From Hemiscyllium ocellatum (taxonomy: Eukaryota): a DNA stretch of 64,000 bases. A program made the translations under genes and the position numbers. Numbering within the stretch: the first letter of the stretch is position 1; the number at the start of each line of letters is the position of its first letter. The notes beneath the pieces are model-generated. The model saw nothing but the letters and a program-made list of their open reading frames with translations. It did not search any database and was not told the origin of the DNA. Below are positions 54,036 through 64,000 of the stretch, piece by piece. The stretch lies in assembly GCF_020745735.1 (NCBI RefSeq), contig NC_083449.1:10576923-10640922 (forward strand), read 5' to 3'.

Positions 54036-55698
54036 AGTTGGATAATGTCCAGAGCCCATGTTCTTTAGTTTTGGAGCCTTTAGGATCCATGGACAGGTGA
54101 ACATGCAACATTTTGCAGCAGCAAAGCATCCGTGCTTTCCTTCAGAATCAAGGGGAGAAAAGCTATAGACTTTTGTAATTCCTATAGTGCAGAGTCTAAC
54201 CAGGAACAGTGGGGACACCAAGGTCTGGTTTTCAGGATGCTATCAGTTTTTTGCATTGTGACATACTTTACCAATGAATTAATGATCAGTATTAACCGAA
54301 TCAATTTGCAACTAAGTGAACATTTCAACTGCATTGCAACTGACTGAAGACAATGCCCCTTGTGCAGAAAAGAGAATTGGCCAATTCTATTTTATTTACC
54401 AATCTGGACAAGATCTGGTGTAAGCCATTAGCAGTATTCTTGTGTTGCTCTCTAGTAGGTCAGGGGAAAACAAAAGATCTTTCATTTTCCACTATCGGTG
54501 AAGAATATTTAAACAGTCAAGTTCAATTTATTGAACAATCAACTCTTGGTGGTTAAAATAAAGGAGCAGCTTGACAAACCTATCAATTTTAGCTTTTTCT
54601 TTCTTTCTGCCCTGCTTTAAATAGTAATGATCTGATTCCATTGACCCCTTGACAAAACTATATCCTGATTCTTGATGTTTTTTGTAGGTTAATGAAGAGA
54701 TAGTCAAGAGGAATGCAGGGTTCTTCAAAGATTTCTTGAAACAAATTTTGAAAGACACAATAAATAATAAAAACTTTCTTCCTGGACAAAATAATGAAAT
54801 GGAGAATGGCGTTATGACACAGACGACGACAACTTCTCTGCTGCCATGAAAAATCTATGCAAATGGAATACTCATTGAGTTAACAATTCTAATTCCTTTC
54901 AATCAACTGTGTTGTTATAGACGGTTTTTGATCAGTGCAGACTTAATAATTTGAAGAGACGTATTCTGTGCTGTAGACCTCTTTGACTAGAGATCTGAGT
55001 AGAAATCAGTTTGATAAAATGTTTTCTGCTAGTTGTGGTGTATATGGATCTTCATCACTGTTAGATGTTGTAATGTGTATTTCAGGATGGTGTATGAATT
55101 TGCAACTGTTGTAAATCAGTCAGTAGCTCTGCACACATATGGGGGTGGGATGGAGATGGTAGTTGTGGATGTGTACACACACGATGAGCACTCTCTCGAC
55201 ATCAGGCTTTGGCCCACAGGTTCATTCAGAATTTACATAGTTTAATTGTTGTGTCTTTTCCAGGACAATAATTTATCAAAAATGTAATTTTGACTTTCTC
55301 AGTTACTGAAATTATCAAAGTTTCTTTCTGCATCTGCACTCAATATCTTCTTCATATATCCTTGTTGTAACAATGTAACAGCATGACTTGGTTGTTCACC
55401 TTGATTGTAAAATTGCCTTACATGTGGATTAATGTAATTCCTGAATGTATATTTCATATGAGGTTACAGTCTATCCCTCTTCTGATGTTGCAAATGATAT
55501 CTGGCTATGCATAATGGAATTTATTGAAACGGAGCTGTTGTGCATTGAGTATAAAGAGAATTTTTAAAAAATATTTCATTAGTTGTGCCTGACTCTTGGA
55601 TTGAATGCATACTTCTGGAAATTGAGCTCAATGCGTGTCTGACTCAATCCACTCTGACTGTAGAAAGGATGTTCTCCAATCCGACAACTGTAACATAC

Positions 55699-55780
55699 CT
55701 GCTGTTTGGTAGAAGCAGAAGATCATACTTAGCTTTGTACTGAGAAAATATTACATTATCTTGGTCCATCAAACATTTGC
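55699..55780 (-). other. Putative 82-nt exon, copy E
   Basis: ctcttttcttcctcccAG|...CAGCAG|GTATGT. Confidence 0.6.
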
Positions 55781-56350
55781 CTGGGAGGAAGAAAAGAGTG
55801 ATATAATCATTTCTGAGTAGAAAGACATCAACTGATCAACGCAACATTCAGATCATGATCAGAGCAAACAGAGCAAAGTCTGGTTCCAACGCAATACTGA
55901 TCTCCTCCCAGTCTTTTTCTGTTTGCGAAATACTGAAACAGTTTACTCAGAAGAAAGAAAACTAACCAATATATGCACAGCTCCAAAAATAGAATTATTA
56001 CACAGTTCAATGTTCAGCTTCCAAAAAAAACACTAACTGTTGAAGGAAGAATAGCTGGCACCACTATCACATTTAGATACACTGCCCTTTATTTCCCAAC
56101 AATTCAACGTCAATTCGCAACAAACAGCGTGAAACAGAAGCCAAACAATGAATTCCCATCAGTGTTTAGGGGCTAAAAACCACAAGAATGTCCCACAGCG
56201 GCTTCTTCCCGCTCTGCCTCCCTCAGCAGGCCCACACCCAGCCCGAGAAAGGCCTCTCTCTTCCCCCCAGCCCGCTCACTCCAAGTTCCGGGACCAGTTC
56301 CTGCTCCGCTCGGCCTCTTACAAACAGCCCCCGGTTCTCCCTGAACTCAC

Positions 56351-56593
56351 CCCGAATCAATCCCGGTCTCGGAGCCCCCTCTGTGTCCCAGGCTCCCATC
56401 CCGATGTGCTGCTGGAAGGAGCCTGCTGTTCCCTCGCTTCCCTGGGCGCTGATCTCTCCATTGCGGTCTGTTTCAAACAAACCTCTTGCACTCACTGAGT
56501 AAATGCTCCTCAATGGCAGCGCTGGGGGAGGGCCTCACGCATGCGCTCCTCTGGTCAGGAACAATAGGCATGGGAGCAGCATCGCGCATGCGC
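56351..56593 (-). other. Putative CpG promoter and first exon (copy 2)
   Basis: Perfect GCGCATGCGC at 56584-56593 plus a second NRF1-like site at 56537-56546; donor CGGG|GTGAGT at 56351/56350. Confidence 0.65.
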
Positions 56594-57562
56594 CCCTTCA
56601 CCCAATGCTCCCGAGAAACAAACATCAATTGGTCATTTCCCCAATTCCCTTTTCTCCCAGTTTAACCAAAGGAACTTGGGCTGCGGAGGAAAGGGCAGAG
56701 AAGGTTTCAAACTGGGATGTTGTCCCTTTATGAAGCTCCAATTGAGTTCATTCCCGGGTTATGTTAATAACTCCTCCCTCTGGCTGTCTCACAATCTGAT
56801 CAGGGCACGGAGAAACTGGCGGCCACTCGGCCCATCCCCTGTGCCCACCATTCAATAACATCACGTCTGATCTTATTTTAACTGTGGTATGTAATCCTGC
56901 TGACCCTTATCCACAAATATTAATTCCTTTAAGAAAGTAACATAAGTGGAAAATAGTAACACAAATGAAATAAGTGGAACACTCTTTCTAAGGCAGAATG
57001 TAACTGTTGGAGACAGTCTTGCATCACAGTGTTAGTCTCTGTTTCTGGTTCAGGAGGCGTGTGCAAAAATCAGACCTGGAGCAGGGGTGTGCAATAATGT
57101 CTCTGGGCCTCGATTGAGTGTATCGTGGACAACAGATGTTCGTGTCAGGTATGCTACAGACAGAAATCTTGTGATGTATTGTATGCCACAATGAGGGACC
57201 CCAGGTGTTTTTGTTTATTCACTCTGGGAACGTGGACATCGCTGGCTGAGCTTCGCCTTTATTCCCCTTTGAGCAGGCGGTGGTGAGCCACCTTCTGGAA
57301 CTGCTGTTGTTCAGTGTGCTGCCCACAATGCCATTAGCAGGGAATTCCCGGGTCTTGATCAAGCGACAGTGAAGGAAATGGGATCTATTTCTAATTGATT
57401 ATGGTGTGCAGCTTAGAGAGAAACTTGCCCTCAATCAAGCTGATGTCTCCTTGCATCAACTGCATTTAACTTTTCTGATGGAGGTTGCCTGAATTTGGTA
57501 AGTTCTACAATTTACAAAGCTTTAGTATTACTTTTGTAAACTTAACAAAACTTTAGGGCTCT

Positions 57563-57925
57563 GTGAGATGTAGTGGTTCTGTTCGCCGAGCTGGAAGTTT
57601 TTGTTGCAAACGTTTCGTCCTCTGGCTAGGAGACATCCTCAGTGCTGTGGAGCCTCCTGCGAAGCGCTTCTTTGATGTTTCTTCCGGCATTTATAGTGGT
57701 CTGTCCTTGCCGCTTCCGGGTGTCAGTTTCAGCTGTCCGCTGTAGTGATTGGTATATTGGGTCCAGGTCGATGTGTCTGTTGATGGAGTTTGTGGATGAA
57801 TGCCATGCCTCTAGGAATTCCCTGGCTGTTCTCTGTCTGGCTTGCCCTATGATAGTAGTGTTTTCCCAGTTGGTTTGTGTGCCGTTACCGCAGTGTGTTG
57901 TAGCTCTTTTGAATAGTGTCCCGAT
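57563..57925 (-). mobile_element. PLE 3' fragment
   Basis: IIGQARQRTAREFLEAWHSSTNSINRHIDLDPIYQ. Confidence 0.85.
57606..57645 (-). ncRNA. Minimal type-I hammerhead ribozyme motif
   Basis: GCA-CTGAGGA-T-GTC..GAC-GAAAC-GTT-TGC. Confidence 0.7.
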
Positions 57926-58199
57926 GCAGCATAGATACATGGAACCAAAACATTTATACCTATGTGTGAAAATTAGTAAGTTTTCAGAAGTACCCTCATT
58001 TGCCCTGGACAAAACAGATTACTCGCAGACATTAATGTCAATGTACTAAGGGTAGACATTTGTCAGCTATTTTGTGGGAGCAGACATGGGCCATTTTGTT
58101 ACCAGCAGATCCAGTTCACCTCTGCAGTTCTGTTTGAATTTCAGAAGATGCAAGAGGCAGAAAATGAATTTTCACATCAGTTTTTACTGGGAAGCAGGC

Positions 58200-59790
58200 A
58201 AACTCAGGAAAATGAATACTGTATTGATGTTTTGAAAAGAGTTCACATTACAGAAGAGGAAATGCTGGAGGTCTTTGAAAACAAAGTGGGATAATCTCCG
58301 AGACCTGATCCAGTGTATCCCAGGACATTGTGGGAAGTTAAAGAGCATATTGTGGTGCCCCTTGCAGAAAGATTTGTATCATCTGTAACTATGGTGAGGT
58401 GCTGGATATTGGGTAATATTTTGCCGTTATTTTAAGATAGGATGTAAGGAGAAGTATAGACCCTTGTGTGATGGATACATTGCTGGAGGTGATTCTGAAA
58501 GATAGGATTCAAATGTGCAGTTTGGGGAGGAGTGGTAGGAGAGGGCAAGGAATAATTAGGAATCGTCAGGATTGCTTTGTAGAAGGAAATTATATTTCCC
58601 AAAGTTGATTGAGATTGTTGAGGGGGTATCTAAGAAGATCGAGGGTACATTGGTAAACATTATTGACATGAAGTTTCGTAAAGCCTTTTACAAGTTCCTG
58701 CATGGTAGACTAAATAGCAAGGTTAGATTAAATGGGATTCAGATTGAACATGTCAATTGAATATAAAATTGGCATAACAGTAGGGGATGGAGAGGAGGTG
58801 GACAGTTGCTTATTAGACTGGATGCAAGTTACCAATGATGTTCCACCCCAGTCGGTGCTGGGTCCGCTTTTGTTTGTTTTTTCTGTAAATCATTTAGTTG
58901 AAAATACAGACTGCATGGTTAGTAATTTTGCAGATTGCATCAAAATTGGTGGTATAGTGGACAGTGAAGGCTATCTCAGATTAGAAACAAATCTTGATTA
59001 AATCAGTCAATGGCATGAGCAATGGCAGATGGAGTTACGGAGACATTGCATATTTACAAAACAAACAAAGGTAGGACTTATACAATTACAAGTAGGGCCT
59101 TGGGTAGTGCTGTTGAACAGAGACCCCTAGTTGGCCAGCTGCATATTTTTGAAGTTTGCTTCACATGTAGACAATGTGGTGAAGAAAACATCTAGCATGC
59201 TTGCCTTCATTGCTCAGACCTTTGAGTGCAGGAGCTGAAAGGTCGTATTGAGGTTGCATCGGATGTTGATGAGTCGTCTTCTGGATTACTGTATCAAGTT
59301 TTGGTCACCCTGTTATCAAAAGTATACTATTGATCTGGAAAGGGCTCAGAAAAGATTTACAAGGATGTTTATGGGAATGAAAGATTCTGTTGTTAGAATA
59401 GGCTGGGACTTCTGTTATCTGGAGCCTAAGATCTTGATGGGTGATAGAGTTTTGACAATCATGAGGGCTAAAGGTAAGGGGCATGGTAGGTATCTTTTTC
59501 TATGGTAAGAGACTGCAAGACGATGAGACACATTTTTAAGGTAAAAGGAAAAAGATTTTAAAAGTAAGTTTTTTTAAAAAAACAGTATTGATTGTGTGGA
59601 ATTAACTTCGAAAGGGAGTGATGTATATGGACACAGTCACAATGTTGAAAAGACAATTGGATAAGTATATCATTGTTAAGATTTTGGAGGGTTATGGGTC
59701 AAGAACAGGCAGGTGGCACTTGTCTAGTTTGAGATTATATTGGGTATGGACTGGTTGGACAGAAGAATCTGTTTCTGTGCTATTTGACTG
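58200..59790 (+). mobile_element. Old CR1 RT/3' fragment
   Basis: SVLGPLLF..FADCIKIGGIVDS; highly diverged. Confidence 0.8.
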
Positions 59791-60105
59791 ACCTTTGCAG
59801 TGAGTCAACTGTTCTGGTTTGATCTCAGTTCATTTTGAAAGCTTCTAAATGACAGCAGAAAGTCTCATTCAGAGCACTGTGCAATCAGACAACAGCCTCG
59901 GTGTATGGAAATTTAACTGTAAAATGAATCTATCTGTAGAATTCAAAGACAGGGCACTTCTGTCTGGCAGAGGTGAGTATTGCAGATGCCGAAGATTAGA
60001 CTGGTGCTTGAAAAAGTACAGCAGTTCAGGCAGCATCCGAGAAGCAGGAACATCGATGTTTCGGGCAAAAGCCTTTCCTGCTGCGCTTTTCCAGCACCAC
60101 TCTAT

Positions 60106-60765
60106 TAGAGTCATAGAGATGTATAACATGGAAACAGAACCTTCGGTCCAACCCGTCCATGCCGACCCGATATCCCAACCCAATCTAGTCCCACCTGCCA
60201 GCAACCAGCCCATATTCCTCCAAACCCTTCCTATTCATATACCCATCTAAATGCCTCTTAAATGTTGCAATTGCACCAGCCTCCACCACATCCTCTGGCA
60301 GCTCATTCCATACATGCACCACCCTCTGCGTGAAAAGTTGCCCCTTCGGTCTCTTTTATATCTTTCCCCTTTCACCCTAAACCTATGCCCTCTAGTTCTG
60401 GACTCCTCAACCCCAGGGAAAAGACTTTGCCTATTTATTCTATCCATGCGCCTCATAATTTTGTAAACCTGTATAAGGTCGCCCCTCAGCCTCCGACGCT
60501 CCAGGGAAAACAACCCAGCCTGTTCAGCCTCTCCCTGTAGCTCAGATCCTCCAACCCTGGCAACATCCTTGCAAATGTTTTCTGAACCCTTTCAAGTTTC
60601 ACATCATCTTTCTGATATGAAGGAGGTCAGAATTGCACGCAATACTCCAACAGTGGCCTAAACAATGTCCTGTACAGCCGCAACATGACCTCCCAATTCC
60701 TGTACTCAATACTCTGACCAATAAAGGAAAGCATACCAAACGCCTTCTTCACTATCCTATCTACA
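60106..60765 (-). mobile_element. CR1 3' fragment
   Basis: FSLERRRLRGDLIQVYKIM and 3' UTR. Confidence 0.9.
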
Positions 60766-61357
60766 TGCTAATGTTGACTCAGTTCTTCTGTTTGCCAGAG
60801 ATCAAAATCAGGGTCATACCTCACAGGGGCGGGTAGCTCCCGAACTAGTCCAGTATTAAACAGCAACTTGACCAACTCGAAGCAGCTGAAAAAATGACTG
60901 TTGCCTCCATTATGTTCCCTGTCTACAGCCAGGGACAGGACCCCACACAGGAACTCATTCGAGAATAAAACAGAGGGTCAGCGACCACTCATTATAAACT
61001 TACTCGCGGCACTGGGCAATTCAGCTCTTCCTAAACGTAGTTCAAGATAACGTGAAACTGCCTGTGAGCGAGGAGTACAGGGACTGAATGATTCATTTAT
61101 AAGACGATAATTGAAGACACGGGACCACACGCATCTACAAGAAATAAAAATAATGTACTCCGAGCACTGTTAAGATTGTGTTATATCAATATTGCATGAT
61201 CACTTTTCACGCTCCTTGTGTTACGGCTCAAACGGTGAACGGCCATGAGGAAAGATTTCATATTAGATCACATAGTGACAGTACAGCATCGTACAAGGCA
61301 AGGACTGACACCGATACCAGTTAAAGGAAGATAATTCAATCAGACAGACTGGAGTGT

Positions 61358-61400
61358 TCAGCTCCTTTCATAGATGCTGTGAGTGGCCCTTAAAAGAGCC
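61358..61400 (-). terminator. H2A-4 stem-loop and downstream element
   Basis: GGCTCTTTTAAGGGCC (61385-61400); GAAAGGAGCTG downstream. Confidence 0.92.
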
Positions 61401-61430
61401 TTTGGGTTGTCAGATTCAAGAATAATCTCT

Positions 61431-61880
<450 letters not shown>

Positions 61881-62883
61881 TTATACCTTCGGGAGGAATG
61901 GTGGGGCGGCCGTTTCTGATTGGGAATTGAAACATAAGGCGGGGCTGAACAAGGGGACCAATCAGATATCTGCCTCATTCCCCAATCCGGAGAGGGCACA
62001 GGGAGGAGGGCGGGAAGTACCGGCGCCAAATCATCAACCGCTTTTTTACAATTTGAAAAGCCCGCCAATATGTACCAAAAAGTAGGCAGTTTAAACACAC
62101 AAGAATGCACAAATACTGGAGATAATTTACTTCTACATGAAAAGTGTGCCCTCTACATTAAATCTCTACCTTATTCCCTAACCTACTGGAACCTGCCCAT
62201 TTCTGATCTTGAATTGTGATTTTCCATATGTTAAACATAAGCAGAACCAAAAAAAGGGCGCCAAACACTGCACTCTGCAAATGATCATTTATTTCACATT
62301 TCAACAGCACCCCGATCTACTGATACAACATGAGATTACGTTCTCACAAGTAAGCGCATTAGTGAACACGATCGTTCGAGAATATTGTAAAGTTACCCTC
62401 CTATTGCACACGATCATAGATCGATAAAAAAACTCCACATTTATTGCCACTTCTGCAGCTGTTCTAGTTTTATTTCGGTGTATTTGGCAAGGCTCTGCAT
62501 CCGGACAATACCCGTGCGGAGATTTGGAAATTAAAAATAAATAAAGTAAAATCGGACTCGGAGGGAAACCTTTTTTTTGACTTGCCGGCGGGTGCCGGGG
62601 GCATTTGGTTTGATGGGGATGAAACTCAGGGTTCATGCCCCACCGGGGTTTTTAGCTCCTGAACTGATCGAATAACCAAGAGCAACAAGGACACATACAA
62701 TCAACTGAAAAATGACAGTGGCGTTTAACATGATCTCTCTCCCCAGCCAGGGACTACAGGATACACATGAAGGTACCAGAGAATAAGGCGCGGACGGGGT
62801 CAGCGATCACTCAATACTTGACAGAACGTTTATAAAACACAAATCTCGTAGATATATGAATTAAAAAACACAAACATAACGAT

Positions 62884-62925
62884 TCAGCTGTTTCAGGGAA
62901 GTTGTAGGTGGCTCTTAAAAGAGCC
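62884..62925 (-). terminator. H2B stem-loop and downstream element
   Basis: GGCTCTTTTAAGAGCC at 62910-62925; GAAACAGCTG downstream. Confidence 0.92.
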
Positions 62926-62966
62926 TTTGGGTTGTGGATGTGTATGTTTCAGTACAATGCGGTCCT

Positions 62967-63344
62967 TCACTTGGAGCTGGTGTACTTGGTCACCGCCTTT
63001 GTGCCCTCCGACACGGCGTGCTTGGCCAGCTCCCCGGGCAGCAGCAGCCGCACGGCGGTCTGGATCTCCCGGGAGCTGATGGTACTGCGCTTGTTGTAAT
63101 GGGCCAGGCGGGAAGCCTCCCCCGCGATACGCTCGAAAATATCGTTAACGAACGAGTTCATGATGCTCATGGCCTTGGAGGAGATGCCGGTGTCGGGGTG
63201 AACCTGCTTCATCACTTTGTAAATGTAGATGGCGTAACTTTCTTTCCTGGACCGCTTCCTCCTCCTGCCGCCCTTCGGTGGCGCCCTCTTCACCGCTTTC
63301 TTGGCGCCCTTCTTGGCAACTTGACCCTTCTTATCCTCAGCCAT
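62967..63344 (-). CDS. H2B: Histone H2B, 125 aa, atypical N-tail
   Basis: [125 protein letters not shown]. Confidence 0.97.
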   Translation of the reverse strand: MAEDKKGQVAKKGAKKAVKRAPPKGGRRRKRSRKESYAIYIYKVMKQVHPDTGISSKAMSIMNSFVNDIFERIAGEASRLAHYNKRSTISSREIQTAVRLLLPGELAKHAVSEGTKAVTKYTSSK

Positions 63345-63396
63345 AATGCCACTCACTCTCAAACACAGAATAAGGGAAAGTGGGCTCGGAGCTCGC

Positions 63397-63500
63397 TCTT
63401 TATAGACTGACGGCATCATCAATGCTAATGAGGGATGGGGAAAGCCTGACTTCTGATTCGCTACGTTGTAGGCATGGTAACGTCACTCTGATTGGCTAGT
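63397..63500 (-). promoter_or_regulatory. H2B promoter: TATA, CRE-like, octamer variant, CCAAT
   Basis: TATAAAGA (63397-63404, minus), TGACGGCA, ATGCTAAT (63422-63429; one mismatch to the octamer ATGCAAAT), CTGATTGG at about 63490. Confidence 0.75.
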
Positions 63501-64000
63501 TTGGGACTCAATCTGGATCTGTCTGGATCTGCAATGTCATGGGAAACACAAACCGAAATTTTGTGAAGGGATCAAATTCCGAGCTCACTCTAAAGTGTGA
63601 GATTCTAATTGTAAGGTAGTCTGCATCTTTAGATAATGTTTTTCTTTTCTCTTCCATTTTAAAATGGCATCACATTTGTTGTCAAGTGAGAAAATGCACT
63701 GCAATCTGCCAGGGAGTGTATTTTACTCCTGGAAATGATGGAACTACTTGACAAATGCATCGTGATGGAGGGAAATGGGAGTTAAGGAATGTACTCTTTT
63801 GCTTGTGTTTCTTGCTCTACACTCTTTGAAAATGAAGGACATCCTACCATCATCTACTCTATAAACTCCCTTCACTTATCTATTCGCCGATTCTTCTTCA
63901 AATCTCCAATGAGTATCAGCCAAAGTATTCATACGTTACTCAGAATAGCTGTCAATTCTAATGTGATTACATCAACGACTAAAGGGAACTGACGTACTGT

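Overview
Eukaryotic, repeat-dense genomic DNA from a cartilaginous fish. The evidence is HE1/V-SINEs, many CR1 LINEs and shark-type histone tails; a shark or ray is inferred, not proven. The window is part of a replication-dependent histone cluster with one intact H4, four intact H2A and one intact H2B carrying an atypical Arg-rich N-tail, all with TATA box, 16-nt 3' stem-loop and downstream purine-rich element. It also holds three dead H2B copies, produced by a 2.0-2.65 kb tandem triplication and a Tx1/L1-like insertion; no H3 or H1 is present. The rest is nested CR1, Penelope-like (PLE), Gypsy-like LTR, Rex/Babar and SINE debris, a degenerate ~47-bp satellite and multi-kb segmental duplications. 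Four signals are not explained by the ORF track. (1) A hidden, duplicated minus-strand spliced transcription unit: two NRF1/YY1-type CpG promoters with first exons and five copies of an 82/76-nt exon with conserved splice sites. (2) A tRNA-Lys(TTT)+HE1 SINE chimera retro-inserted as one unit into a PLE. (3) More than 15 hammerhead-ribozyme cores in PLE ends and in tiny TSD-flanked fold-back elements. (4) A promoter micro-inversion between inverted CCAAT boxes. All calls are by eye, and repeat boundaries are approximate.
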